Part shown: positions 9,982 through 19,684 of the stretch, in pieces
How the letters are laid out: every line of letters begins with the position of its first letter
How positions within the stretch are numbered: the stretch's first letter is position 1
Source: Candidatus Thermofontivivens primus
Lineage (GTDB): Bacteria > Sysuimicrobiota > Sysuimicrobiia > Sysuimicrobiales > Thermofontiviventaceae
Assembly (NCBI GenBank): GCA_031458695.1
Contig: JAVKJW010000002.1
Span: forward strand, 129,728-193,727
Direction: 5' to 3'
Length of the DNA stretch: 64,000 nt
The notes under the pieces: model-generated
What the model saw: only the letters and a program-made list of their open reading frames with translations
Databases searched by the model: none
Told to the model about the DNA's origin: nothing
Made by a program: the position numbers and the translations under genes

Positions 9982-10392
9982 GGTACCCGGATAAAAAGCA
10001 GGAAAGCCTTTTGCTGGGGTCCCAGCGAAATCCCCTCCAACGATTGGGCTGGAGCTATGATGCTGGACCCTTGGGGATCGCACCCGTTCCACGAGGCTCC
10101 CGCTCCATCTATCATAAAGGATGGGTGGGCCCTGTCAATGAATGAAGGAATCTTTCCCGGGGATGGCTAATGGTTAATAGTGCGGACCATGAGGAGGCAT
10201 CCCTCTTAGTGTGCTGGTTTGATCTGGCAATGGGGCGAACGAGGGGGTTCTCTCCTTCCCCGTCCTCGTTTCCATACCCCCCTCTTTTCCAGAGTGATAC
10301 CTCTAGGCGAGGGAGCCGTTGCCTTGTCCATTTTGGTCCATCTTTGGAACTGGCCCGCTCAACGAATCCTTTGACTTTGGTGAGCTTTTACA

Positions 10393-11259
10393 GTGAAGGA
10401 GCTTTACCTTAATGCCTATGCAAAAATCAACCTTACCCTCGATGTCCTGAGGAAGCGCGAGGACGGCTACCACGATCTCGAAACCATTCTCCACACCCTC
10501 TCCCTCCACGATGGGATCACTTTGCGCGAGGCGAGCCGGGGGGTTACAGTTATCTGTAACGATGCTTCAGTCCCCACGGATACGCGCAACCTCGTGTATC
10601 GCGCCGCCTCCCTCCTCCAGAAGACCTTCGGTGTGGAGCGGGGGGTGGAGATTGAGATCACCAAGCATATCCCCATCGCCTCCGGCCTCGGTGGAGGGAG
10701 TTCCGATGCCGCAGTGACCTTGCTCGGGCTCATCCAGATGTGGAAGCTACGCGTGGACCGGCGTTTCTTGATCGATTTGGCGCTACGGATCGGGTCAGAT
10801 GTTCCGTTCTTCCTTGTGGGAGGTGCAGCGATTGTGCGAGGGCGCGGGGAACAGGTAGATCCCCTGCCGCCGCTCCCTCCTACGTGGGTCGTGCTTGCCA
10901 AGCCACCCCTGGAGATCTCCACCGCTTGGGCCTATTCCCACCTGGACCTCACGGCCATCAAGAGGAGGCCCGATACCCCGGCGATGCAGGAGGCCCTCCG
11001 CGCGAAGGATCTCCTCCGCGTCGCCCGCCTTCTTTGTAACGTTTTCGAGGAGCTCGTGATTCCTGAGTACCCCCTTGTGGGCGAGATCAAAGAGAGGATG
11101 GTTCGCCTGGGCGCCTATGGGGCAGCGATGACAGGGACAGGGCCAGTGGTGTACGGCCTGGCCCCGGATGAGGAGACCGCGAGGCGCATCGCCACAGAGC
11201 TGGCCTCCTCCCTGGAGGTCCAGGTGGATGTGACGAAGACCTTTGCGGAGCAGCGATGA
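10393..11259 (+). CDS. ispE: 4-diphosphocytidyl-2-C-methyl-D-erythritol kinase
   Basis: AYAKINLTLDV, DGYHDLET, IPIASGLGGGSSDAA, IGSDVPFF. Confidence 0.97.
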   Translation: MKELYLNAYAKINLTLDVLRKREDGYHDLETILHTLSLHDGITLREASRGVTVICNDASVPTDTRNLVYRAASLLQKTFGVERGVEIEITKHIPIASGLGGGSSDAAVTLLGLIQMWKLRVDRRFLIDLALRIGSDVPFFLVGGAAIVRGRGEQVDPLPPLPPTWVVLAKPPLEISTAWAYSHLDLTAIKRRPDTPAMQEALRAKDLLRVARLLCNVFEELVIPEYPLVGEIKERMVRLGAYGAAMTGTGPVVYGLAPDEETARRIATELASSLEVQVDVTKTFAEQR

Positions 11260-12032
11260 GGTACCGCTTGGAGCCTGGACAGCTCGATGCCATCGTCCTT
11301 GCCGGTGGGGGTCCAGATCCTGGCCTGGACCCACAGGCTCCTTCCAAGGCGCTCGTCTCCATTGTGGGGCGCCCCATGGTGGTGTATGTGCTGGAGGCCC
11401 TCCGGGCTGTGCGGTGGATCGGCCGAATCGCCGTTGTCGGGCCAAAGGAGCTTCCTCGAGAGGTCGTTGCAAAAACAGACCTCGTCGTTGAGGAGCGCGG
11501 GGACCTCCTGGAGAATCTCCTTGCCGGCATCGAGTCCCTTCAGCCTGAGGATGGCGTTCTGGCGGTGGCTTCGGATCTTCCCCTGCTCACTGCGGCGTCT
11601 GTGGAGGGGTTCCTGGACGCGGCCAGGGAGGAAGAGGCGGATTTCTACTACGCGATTGTCCCTTACGAGACGGTCCAGAAGTACTATCCGGGTGTCCGTA
11701 AGACCCATGTGCGCGTGGCCGAGGGGACGTTCTGCGGAGGGAGCGTGTTCCTGCTCGACCCTGCGGTGATCCAGCGCCTACGCCCACTCATCCGTCAGGC
11801 GATCGCTGCGCGGAAGAGCCCTCTCGCCCTCGGCAGGTTGTTTGGGTGGAGGAACATCGTGAGGTTCCTCCTCCGCCGCATCTCGATCCGCGATCTAGAG
11901 GCCTTCCTCCAGGAGACCACAGGGGTGAAGGGGAAGGCGGTGATTACTCCGCACCCCGAAGTGGCCATCGACGTAGATGCACGGCGTCCAGGGAACCTAA
12001 GGATCATCCAGCAGGCCCTCGCAACGAGGTGA
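11256..12032 (+). CDS. MobA/IspD-like nucleotidyltransferase family protein
   Basis: AIVLAGG...SKAL..I.GRPM, SDLPLL, C-terminal IDVD; ATGA-coupled to ispE. Confidence 0.85.
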   Translation: MRYRLEPGQLDAIVLAGGGPDPGLDPQAPSKALVSIVGRPMVVYVLEALRAVRWIGRIAVVGPKELPREVVAKTDLVVEERGDLLENLLAGIESLQPEDGVLAVASDLPLLTAASVEGFLDAAREEEADFYYAIVPYETVQKYYPGVRKTHVRVAEGTFCGGSVFLLDPAVIQRLRPLIRQAIAARKSPLALGRLFGWRNIVRFLLRRISIRDLEAFLQETTGVKGKAVITPHPEVAIDVDARRPGNLRIIQQALATR

Positions 12033-12066
12033 CGAGATCGATGAATCAAAGGAATCCGGGAGGTTA

Positions 12067-12900
12067 ATGCACATGAACAGACTGCGCCGTGGAGAACGCA
12101 TGGTGGTGATGGCGCAGATCCTGGCAAGTCAGCCATACAAAGTCTTTTCCCTCACAGAGTTTGCCCAGATGCTTGGGGCGGCGAAGTCTTCCATTAGCGA
12201 GGACCTGAGCTTCATCCGGGGGGCGTTTGAACGGTTCCACCTGGGGAAGGTGGAGACCCTGCCCGGGGTAGCCGGTGGCGTGCGCTTCCTTCCCTCGCGC
12301 ACTCCGGCGCAGATCCGGGCCCTCGCCGAAACGCTCTGCCAGAAGCTGCGTGACCCTGGTCGCGTGCTTCCCGGCGGCTTCCTCTACACCACTGACCTTA
12401 TCTCCACCCCCAGTCTCGCAGCCCAGATTGGGGAGGCCTTTGCCACCTTCTTCTCCGACCGTAGACCCGATGTGGTTCTGGCTATGGAGGTCAAAGGAAT
12501 CCCCCTCGCCCTCATGACCGCCCGGGCCTTCAATGTGCCCCTCGTGACCATCCGCCGGGAGGGGAGGGTGACCGAGGGCCCTTCGGTCAGTGTGAACTAC
12601 GTCTCCGGTTCCTCCCGGGTGGTCCAGTCTATGACCCTTCCCCTGAGAGCCATCCCCGAGGGAGCGAAGGCTCTGTTCATCGATGACTTCATCCGCGGGG
12701 GTGGCACGGCGCGGGGGGTATACGACCTCATGCGCGAGTTCCGCGCCGAGGTGGTAGGGATTGGCGTCCTCGTGGAGACCGCCCAGCCGCGAGAAAAGCT
12801 CGTCACCCGCTACGTTTCTCTCCTGGTCTACGAAGGGGTGGATGAGGCCACAGGGGAAGTCATCGTCCGTCCCAGCCGCTGGGTCTTGGAGCTCTCCTGA
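12067..12900 (+). CDS. purR: Bacillus-type pur operon repressor (wHTH + PRTase)
   Basis: AAKSSISEDL, GGVRF, RVLPGGFLY, TEGPSVSVNYVSGS, IDDFIRGGGT. Confidence 0.95.
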   Translation: MHMNRLRRGERMVVMAQILASQPYKVFSLTEFAQMLGAAKSSISEDLSFIRGAFERFHLGKVETLPGVAGGVRFLPSRTPAQIRALAETLCQKLRDPGRVLPGGFLYTTDLISTPSLAAQIGEAFATFFSDRRPDVVLAMEVKGIPLALMTARAFNVPLVTIRREGRVTEGPSVSVNYVSGSSRVVQSMTLPLRAIPEGAKALFIDDFIRGGGTARGVYDLMREFRAEVVGIGVLVETAQPREKLVTRYVSLLVYEGVDEATGEVIVRPSRWVLELS

Positions 12901-12968
12901 GGATCGTTCGCTCCCCTCAGGCCCCTGCCGCTCATGGTAAAAGTTTCTCGGAAGCGGAGGCCCCAACG

Positions 12969-13017
12969 TTGACGGGTCTCCTCGGGCGTGTATAATGAGT
13001 GATAGCTCACTCATTAT
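12969..13017 (+). promoter_or_regulatory. Sigma70 promoter with TetR operator palindrome
   Basis: TTGACG (12969) N16 TATAAT (12991); perfect 11-4-11 inverted repeat ATAATGAGTGA-TAGC-TCACTCATTAT (12992-13017) just before the TetR start. Confidence 0.9.
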
Positions 13018-13026
13018 TGCCAAGAG

Positions 13027-13713
13027 ATGGTTCGCCTCACGAAAGAAGAAAAGCGCAAGCTCGTAGAGGCACGGCGGCGGCAGATCCTTGAAGCTGCGCG
13101 CAAGGTGTTCGCGAAGCGCGGGTTTGAGGGTGCGCGGATCTCCGAGGTAGCGAAGGAGGCGGGCGTTGCCGAGGGGACGATCTACAACTACTTCCGTAGC
13201 AAGGAGGATCTCCTCATCCACATCCCCGAACACATTGTGGCTCCGGCGATTGCGCCGTTGCAACGGGCCAGGCCCTCTTCTGTAGAGGAGCTCGAGTCTC
13301 TCCTCAGCCTTGCGGCGAGGAACATTGTCTCTTTCATGACCAGGAACTCTGACTTCCTCAAGGTCTTCGTTTCCGCACTTCCTGCCCTCACTCCCAGGGC
13401 GAAGGAGGCATACATGCAACTCCTCCCCTTGCGTGCGGCGAGTGTTCTCGAACAGATCGTCCGGGCGGGACAGGAGCGGGGGTTCCTCAGGCCTGATTTG
13501 AACGCAGCTGTGGCTGCGCGGGCGATGCCAGGGATGCTCATGACTTTTGTGATGTTCCAGGAGGTCCTCCTGGGCCGTCCGCTGGTGCCGCTCTCCTACG
13601 AGGAGATCATCCAGGAGGTGGTCAGGCTCTTCCTGCTGGGCGCCCTCCCTCGTGGGCATCCCATTCCCTCCTCCTGGCGCACCCGGCGAACACAAAAAAC
13701 TCGACGGACCTGA
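13027..13713 (+). CDS. TetR/AcrR-family regulator
   Basis: RRQILEAARKVFAKRGF...VAKEAGVAEGTIYNYFRSKEDL helix-turn-helix. Confidence 0.95.
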   Translation: MVRLTKEEKRKLVEARRRQILEAARKVFAKRGFEGARISEVAKEAGVAEGTIYNYFRSKEDLLIHIPEHIVAPAIAPLQRARPSSVEELESLLSLAARNIVSFMTRNSDFLKVFVSALPALTPRAKEAYMQLLPLRAASVLEQIVRAGQERGFLRPDLNAAVAARAMPGMLMTFVMFQEVLLGRPLVPLSYEEIIQEVVRLFLLGALPRGHPIPSSWRTRRTQKTRRT

Positions 13714-13737
13714 AACACCACGGAAGGAGGGCTGGCC

Positions 13738-15078
13738 ATGATGCGAATCTCAAGAGGGATCCTCTCCCTGGTTATTCTCCCCGTTCTCCTGATTTCCTCG
13801 GTCCTTCCTGCGCAGGCCCAGCAGGGCCAGACCCCTCGTCCGATCACCCTGAAGGACGCCCTCGCCCTGGCCCTCCAGCAGAACCTCCAGGTACGCTTCG
13901 CCGCCTTCGAGGTTGCCATCGCCAGGGCCCAGCTCGAGCAGGCCAAGGCCGGGAAGGCCGTCCAGGTGACTGGATCGGCAAGCTACACCCGCATCAACGA
14001 GCGGGCGCCGACCACAATCACTGTTAGCGCTCCGCCACCTCTAGGAACAGTCACCGTCCAACTCCCTCCTCCCCCTGTGGACACCGGGGAATTGCGGGTG
14101 AGCCTGCAGTACCCGCTCTTCACCGGAGGTCGCCTGGAGGCCCAGATCGCCCTTGCCGAGGCGAATGTGAAGGGGGCAGAGGCCACGTTGCAGCGAACTG
14201 TCCAGCAGGTCCTCTTCCAGGTGAAGCAGGCTTACTACCAGCTCCTCCTGGCGCGTGCAAGCCGGAGGGCTGCTGAGCGCATCCTCGCCCAGGCGGAAGA
14301 GAACCTCCGCGTCGCCAGGGTCAGGGTGCAGGCCGGCGTGGCTCCCCAGTTCGACGTCTTGCAGGCTGAGGTCAACCTGGCCAACGCGAGACAGGGAGTG
14401 GTGCGTGCCCTCAACAGCATGGCCCTCGCGCGCCAAGCCCTCGCTGCCCTGCTGAACATACCCCTGGATACCCTCCTTGAGCCCCAGGATGAGCTTGGGA
14501 TCACCCCGTTCTCTGTACCGCTGGAAGAGTTGATCAACCGGGCCTTGCGTCAGCGGCCTGAGTTGGCCGAGCTGTCTGCGCGTCGCGCCGCCGCCGAGGC
14601 AGCTCTTGAGCTCGCCAGGAGCGGGGCCAGGCCGAACCTGGCGCTGCAGGGGGCCTACTCCCTGAGCGGCACCAGCCTGCAGAACCTCACCACCAACTGG
14701 CAGGTCATCCTCGCGCTGACCCTCAACCTCTTCGATGGCGGGCTCACGAAGGCACGCATCCAGGAGGCGGAGGAGCGGCTGAGGCAGCTTCAAGTCGCGG
14801 AATCCCAGCAAAGGCAAGCCATCGAGCTAGAGGTCAGGCAGAGCTACCTGACCTTGCAGAGCGCTGTGGCAGAGCTAGAGGCCTCAGGGAAAGCTGTCGA
14901 GCAGGCCCTGGAGGCATTGCGCATTGCCAACGTGCGTTACCAGGCGGGTGTTTCAGCGCAACTGGAGGTCATTGCCGCGCAGGCGGCGCTCGCACAGGCT
15001 GAGGTCAACCGGGTACAGGCGCTCTTTAACTACAACCTGGCCCTGGCCCAGCTCGAGCGCGCCGTTGGCGGTTTCTAG
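13738..15078 (+). CDS. TolC-family outer-membrane efflux protein
   Basis: Signal peptide; ITLKDALALALQQN; two repeats with LFxGG motifs; YQAG...LERAVG ending. Confidence 0.93.
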   Translation: MMRISRGILSLVILPVLLISSVLPAQAQQGQTPRPITLKDALALALQQNLQVRFAAFEVAIARAQLEQAKAGKAVQVTGSASYTRINERAPTTITVSAPPPLGTVTVQLPPPPVDTGELRVSLQYPLFTGGRLEAQIALAEANVKGAEATLQRTVQQVLFQVKQAYYQLLLARASRRAAERILAQAEENLRVARVRVQAGVAPQFDVLQAEVNLANARQGVVRALNSMALARQALAALLNIPLDTLLEPQDELGITPFSVPLEELINRALRQRPELAELSARRAAAEAALELARSGARPNLALQGAYSLSGTSLQNLTTNWQVILALTLNLFDGGLTKARIQEAEERLRQLQVAESQQRQAIELEVRQSYLTLQSAVAELEASGKAVEQALEALRIANVRYQAGVSAQLEVIAAQAALAQAEVNRVQALFNYNLALAQLERAVGGF

Positions 15079-15095
15079 GACCTGAAAAACTACCA

Positions 15096-16433
15096 GTGCA
15101 TGAACAGGGGAGTAGGGTGGTTCATGTGAAGGGGCGAAAAAAGATCGTTCTTGCAATCACGCTCTTCCTCCTCGCAGGCGGGGCAACCGCTTGGTGGGTT
15201 CTCCGCCCTCGTCCCTCGCAGGGTATGATCCTCGAGGCTTCTGGGATCATTGAGGCAACCGAGGTGAAGGTGGGAAGCAAGGTCCCGGGGCGCGTCCTGG
15301 AGATCGCTGTGAAGGAAGGGATGGAGGTCCAGGCAGGGGAGGTGGTTGCTCGTCTCGATCCCAGGGAAGTGGATGCCCAGGTCTCTCAAGCGATGGCCGC
15401 TGTGGAGGCGGCACGAGCGCGTCTGGCTCAAGCTGAAGTCGCCCTGCGCCAGGCCCGGGCCCAGGTCGATGCCGCAGTAGCCAGTGCACAAGCAGCGCTG
15501 GAAACTGCACGCGCTCGCATTCCCCAGGCCGTGGCAGCTCTAGAGCTCGCACAGCGCCAGTACAGGGAGCAGGTACGGGAATCCGAGGCCAAGCTGGCCG
15601 CAGCCCGAGCCGGCCTCCAGGCAGCCCTGGCAGGCCAGGAGGTGGCGCGGGCGAATCTCGAGAAGGCGAGGCAGGACCTCGCGAGGGTCGAGGCGCTGGC
15701 CCAGCAGGGCGCGATTGCGCCGCAACAGGTAGACGCTGCCAGGACAGCGGTGGAGGTAGCCGAGGCGCAATTTGAACTGGCGCGCCATCAGGCTGCAGCA
15801 GCAAAGGAGACAGTTCGGCAGGCCCAGGCTGCTGTTGCCCTGGCGAAGGCCGGGGCGGCCCAGATCGAGATCCGGAGGCAGGATGTGCAGATGGCCGAGG
15901 CCCAGGTGAAGCAGGCAATGGCTGCCCTCGCCAGTGCCCGGGCAGGGTATGAGACGGTGCGTCTGAGAGTGCAGGAAGTGGAAGCTGCCAAAGCACAGGT
16001 GGCCCAGGCGGAGGCAAACCTTCGCTACCTCCTTGCCCAGAGGGAGAACCTCGTCATCCGCGCTCCTTCCGGTGGATTGGTGATGACGCGGGCTGTGGAG
16101 GAAGGCGAGGTCGTCCATGCAGGGACGCCCATTGTAACCATTGCAGACCTCCGCAGTGTCTGGATTCGCCTGTTCATTCCTGAGGCGAAGCTGGCTATGG
16201 TGCGGGTCGGCCAGCCCGTGCGGGTGTTCGTGGACGCCTTCCCTGGAAGGCCCTTCCACGGGAGGGTAACGGAGATCAGCCCACGGGCAGAATTCACCCC
16301 CGCGAACATCCAGACGAAGGAGGAGCGTGTGCAGCTGGTCTTTGCCGTGCGCGTCTCCCTGGAAAATCCCGGAGGGCTTTTGAAGCCGGGAATGCCTGCG
16401 GACGCGGAGATCCTGGTGGGGAGCCTCCCGTGA
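15096..16433 (+). CDS. HlyD-family periplasmic adaptor (YbhG-like)
   Basis: TM; ASGIIEATEV.VGSKVPGRV lipoyl half; long Ala/Gln coiled coil; AEFTPxNIQT and LKPGMPAD. Confidence 0.93.
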   Translation: MHEQGSRVVHVKGRKKIVLAITLFLLAGGATAWWVLRPRPSQGMILEASGIIEATEVKVGSKVPGRVLEIAVKEGMEVQAGEVVARLDPREVDAQVSQAMAAVEAARARLAQAEVALRQARAQVDAAVASAQAALETARARIPQAVAALELAQRQYREQVRESEAKLAAARAGLQAALAGQEVARANLEKARQDLARVEALAQQGAIAPQQVDAARTAVEVAEAQFELARHQAAAAKETVRQAQAAVALAKAGAAQIEIRRQDVQMAEAQVKQAMAALASARAGYETVRLRVQEVEAAKAQVAQAEANLRYLLAQRENLVIRAPSGGLVMTRAVEEGEVVHAGTPIVTIADLRSVWIRLFIPEAKLAMVRVGQPVRVFVDAFPGRPFHGRVTEISPRAEFTPANIQTKEERVQLVFAVRVSLENPGGLLKPGMPADAEILVGSLP

Positions 16434-16443
16434 TTCCCCCATT

Positions 16444-16586
16444 GTGTTTGAAGGTTTGTCAGTGAACAGGTTTGCATGTGAGCATGTTCGCAGGTTTGAA
16501 AGTTACGTTTGACAACTTGCAACTTTCCAACCTGCAACCTTCCAACTTGGAACCTGCAACTTCCCAACATGCAAACCGTACAAACC
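16444..16586. repeat. Head-to-head 7/8-mer tandem arrays (AGGTTTG-like left arm, CAACCTG/CAACTTTC right arm)
   Basis: Left arm 16444-16505 and right arm 16513-16586 read directly; GTTCGCAGGTTTGAAAGTT (16486) matches 60935-60953 at 18/19. Confidence 0.85.
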
Positions 16587-16605
16587 AGATGGCCCGAACG
16601 ACGAG

Positions 16606-17562
16606 ATGTACGCTATCGAAACCCGCAATTTAACCAAGCGATTTGGCGACCTTATCGCTGTCCACCATCTCAACTTGGCGGTGGAGGAAGGGACTATCTT
16701 CGGCCTCGTCGGCCCCGATGGAGCTGGGAAGACGACGACCATCCGTCTCCTGGCAACGGTTCTTGAGCCCACGGAGGGGATGGCCAGGATCTGCGGGAGA
16801 GACGTCCGTACCTCCCCGGAGGAGGTCAAATCCCTCATCGGGTATATGCCCCAGGAATTCAGCATCTACGCGGATCTGACGGTCGCGGAGAACCTTCATT
16901 TCTTCGGGGAGATCTACCATGTCCCCCGGCGCGAGCTCATCCCTCGGCTTGATGAACTCCTCTCGATGACGAGGCTTGCGCCATTTGTCCATCGTCTCGC
17001 TATGCACCTCTCCGGCGGGATGCAGAAAAAACTTGCCCTGGCCTGCTCGCTCATTCATCGCCCTCGCGTCCTGCTCCTCGATGAGCCCACCACGGGGGTG
17101 GATCCGATCTCTCGGAGGGAGTTGTGGCGGATCCTCTACGACCTTGCCAGGAGCGGGGTCACGATCCTTATTTCCACCTCTTACCTGGACGAGGCAGAGC
17201 GGTGTTCAGCCGTCGGCCTCCTCTACCGAGGGCATCTTATCAGGAGCGGCTCTCCCGCTGAGGTGAAAGGAGGATTGGAGGGGGAGGTCGTGGAGATGAT
17301 CGCAGAGCCGCGCCGGGAGGCCAGGAGGCTGGTGGAGCAAAGGCCAGAAGTTCATAGCGTGAGGCAGGTAGGGGAACGTCTTCGCCTGATCCTCCCAGAC
17401 GCCCGCAAGGCTATCCCTGCTCTCTCCAGCTGGCTTCGCTCCCAAGGGATAGAGCTGATCGAGGTACACCCGGTGGAACCTTCTTTGGAGGACCTCTTTG
17501 CATCGTTGATCCAAAGCGATTCCCTACGCCAGCAAACGGGAGAAGCGTTCTTCCAGGGGTGA
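16606..17562 (+). CDS. ABC transporter ATP-binding protein (ABC-2/DrrA type)
   Basis: GPDGAGKT, LSGGM, LLDEPTTGVDP. Confidence 0.95.
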   Translation: MYAIETRNLTKRFGDLIAVHHLNLAVEEGTIFGLVGPDGAGKTTTIRLLATVLEPTEGMARICGRDVRTSPEEVKSLIGYMPQEFSIYADLTVAENLHFFGEIYHVPRRELIPRLDELLSMTRLAPFVHRLAMHLSGGMQKKLALACSLIHRPRVLLLDEPTTGVDPISRRELWRILYDLARSGVTILISTSYLDEAERCSAVGLLYRGHLIRSGSPAEVKGGLEGEVVEMIAEPRREARRLVEQRPEVHSVRQVGERLRLILPDARKAIPALSSWLRSQGIELIEVHPVEPSLEDLFASLIQSDSLRQQTGEAFFQG

Positions 17563-18509
17563 AGATGGGAATGCGGGCAGATGACGTTGCGGTCCTCGCC
17601 CATGGGCTCACAAAACGATTTGGGGACTTCGTAGCCGTGGATCACATCTCCTTTGAAATCCGCCGCGGCCAGATCTTCGGCTTCCTTGGCCCCAACGGCG
17701 CAGGGAAGTCCACAACCATCCGCATGCTCTGTGGCGTCCTCGCGCCCTCAGAGGGAGAAGCACGAGTCCTAGGTCACAACGTAGCTACCGAGGCCGAACA
17801 GGTCAAGCGGCGGATCGGGTATATGACCCAGAGGTCCAGCCTGTACGCCGATCTCACTGTGGAAGAGTGCCTGCACTTCTATGCGCGCCTCTACGGCCTC
17901 CCTCCACGAGAGCGCCGCCAGAAAGTCAGAGGCTGGCTGGAGCGATCTGGCCTTGCAGGGATGGGGCGCGAGCTGGTGGCGAACCTGAGCGGGGGCTGGC
18001 GCCAGCGCCTTGCTTTAGGGTGCGCCATCCTTCACCATCCGGAGGTCCTCTTTTTGGATGAGCCGACGGCAGGAACGGATCCCATCTCTCGCCGGGAATT
18101 CTGGGACCTGTTCTATCGCTTCGCAGAGGAGGGGACAACGATCCTGGTCACGACCCATTACATGGATGAAGCGGAGTATTGCGATGTTCTGGCGTTCATG
18201 TTCAACGGGCGGATCATCGCCTTCGGCACCCCCAAAGAGATCAAGGAGTTCATGAGCGGCCGGCTTTTGCGGGTGCAGACCCACCAGTGGATGCAGGCGT
18301 TGACCCTCCTGAAGCAGTGCCCTGGAGTGCGTGATGCTTCGCTCCATGGCGCGGCTGTGCACGTGGTGGTAGATGATGCGGAAACTGCCATGCGGGAGAT
18401 CCCTTCTTTCTTGGAACAGGCAGGCGTGGCGGTCCAGAAGATCGAGCCAGTCCTCCCCACACTGGAGGATGTCTTCGTCTCCCTCGCCGAGGAGGAAGCA
18501 CGCCGATGA
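17559..18509 (+). CDS. ABC transporter ATP-binding protein (second)
   Basis: GPNGAGKS, LSGGW, FLDEPTAG, TTHYMDEAE. Confidence 0.95.
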   Translation: MKMGMRADDVAVLAHGLTKRFGDFVAVDHISFEIRRGQIFGFLGPNGAGKSTTIRMLCGVLAPSEGEARVLGHNVATEAEQVKRRIGYMTQRSSLYADLTVEECLHFYARLYGLPPRERRQKVRGWLERSGLAGMGRELVANLSGGWRQRLALGCAILHHPEVLFLDEPTAGTDPISRREFWDLFYRFAEEGTTILVTTHYMDEAEYCDVLAFMFNGRIIAFGTPKEIKEFMSGRLLRVQTHQWMQALTLLKQCPGVRDASLHGAAVHVVVDDAETAMREIPSFLEQAGVAVQKIEPVLPTLEDVFVSLAEEEARR

Positions 18510-19633
18510 CGCGGCGACTCGCTGCCATCGTCTTAAAGGAGTTCATCCAGCTTGTGCGCGACAGGCGTACGCTGGCCATGGCTATTCTGATGCCGGTGAT
18601 CCAGCTCTTCCTCTTTGGGTACGCGATCACCACCGATGTCAAGCACCTCCCCACCGCCGTCCTGGACCTTTCCAAGAGCCCCGAGAGCCGCAGGCTCCTG
18701 GAAGCCTTCACCAACACCCAGTACTACGATGTGCGTTTTTTCGTAAGGGATATCGGCGAGATCGAGCGCCTCATCAACAGCGGGAGAGCCAGGGTAGGGA
18801 TTGTCATCCCGCCCGATTACGCCCGCCGCATCTCCAAGGGAGATCAGGTGACGGTCCAGGTCATCGTGGACGCCTCTGACCCCATGGTCGCGAGGAGCGC
18901 CATCACCACCGCCAGAACCCTTGGACAATTGCGTTCCTTCGAGGCGATCATCGCCCAGATCCCCCAGTTGGGGAGTTCTGGAGAAGAGCTACCTTTTGAT
19001 GTCCGGGTGAGGGCCTGGTACAACCCTGACCTCCGGAGCGTCAACTTCATGGTTCCAGGTCTGTTGGCCGTGGTCCTCCAACTCCTCACCATGTTGCTCA
19101 CAGCCATGGCCATTGTCCGGGAGAGGGAGCTGGGGACGCTCGAACAGCTCGTCGTCACGCCCATCACGAAGACAGAGCTCATGCTCGGGAAGATTCTTCC
19201 CTACGTGGCGCTGGGGTACGTGGACATCACCCTTGCCCTCCTCGTGAGCTCTTTCTGGTTCAGAGTGCCGGTGAGGGGAAGCGTGCTTCTCCTCTACGTG
19301 GTCACCCTCTCCTTTTACCTAAGTACCCTCGGCATGGGGATCCTCATCTCCACCCTCTCTCGGAACCAGCGCCAAGCCATGCAGGGGGCGTTCTTCATTG
19401 TATTTCCCTCTTTCCTGATCTCGGGATTCCTCTTCCCCCGGGAGGGAATGCCCCTCTTGCTTCAGTGGTTGAGTTACCTTCTCCCCCTGACCTACTTCCT
19501 CATCATTGTCAGAGGGATCATCTTGAAGGGGATTGGCCTCTCCTACCTATGGCCCCAGGTTTTGCCGATGACGATCCTTGGACTGCTGTTCTTCGTTGCC
19601 AGCGTCATCCGTTTTCAAAAGCGCCTCGAGTGA
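18506..19633 (+). CDS. ABC-2 permease (YbhR/S-like)
   Basis: KEFIQLVRDRRTL, WYNPDL, IVRERELGTLEQL; multiple TMs. Confidence 0.94.
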   Translation: MTRRLAAIVLKEFIQLVRDRRTLAMAILMPVIQLFLFGYAITTDVKHLPTAVLDLSKSPESRRLLEAFTNTQYYDVRFFVRDIGEIERLINSGRARVGIVIPPDYARRISKGDQVTVQVIVDASDPMVARSAITTARTLGQLRSFEAIIAQIPQLGSSGEELPFDVRVRAWYNPDLRSVNFMVPGLLAVVLQLLTMLLTAMAIVRERELGTLEQLVVTPITKTELMLGKILPYVALGYVDITLALLVSSFWFRVPVRGSVLLLYVVTLSFYLSTLGMGILISTLSRNQRQAMQGAFFIVFPSFLISGFLFPREGMPLLLQWLSYLLPLTYFLIIVRGIILKGIGLSYLWPQVLPMTILGLLFFVASVIRFQKRLE

Positions 19634-19684
19634 CCCGACGGCGCAAGAGGCACCGCGACCCGATCAGAGGGTTCCAGGGGGGCG

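Noticed and set aside
12064..13695. 543-aa minus-strand ORF
   Set aside because: Antisense shadow of purR and tetR, which have clear motifs; no recognisable domain; expected in GC-rich DNA.
16444..16586. Repeat arrays as a possible CRISPR
   Set aside because: Units are 7-15 bp in tandem with no 25-45 bp unique spacers, and there are no cas genes.
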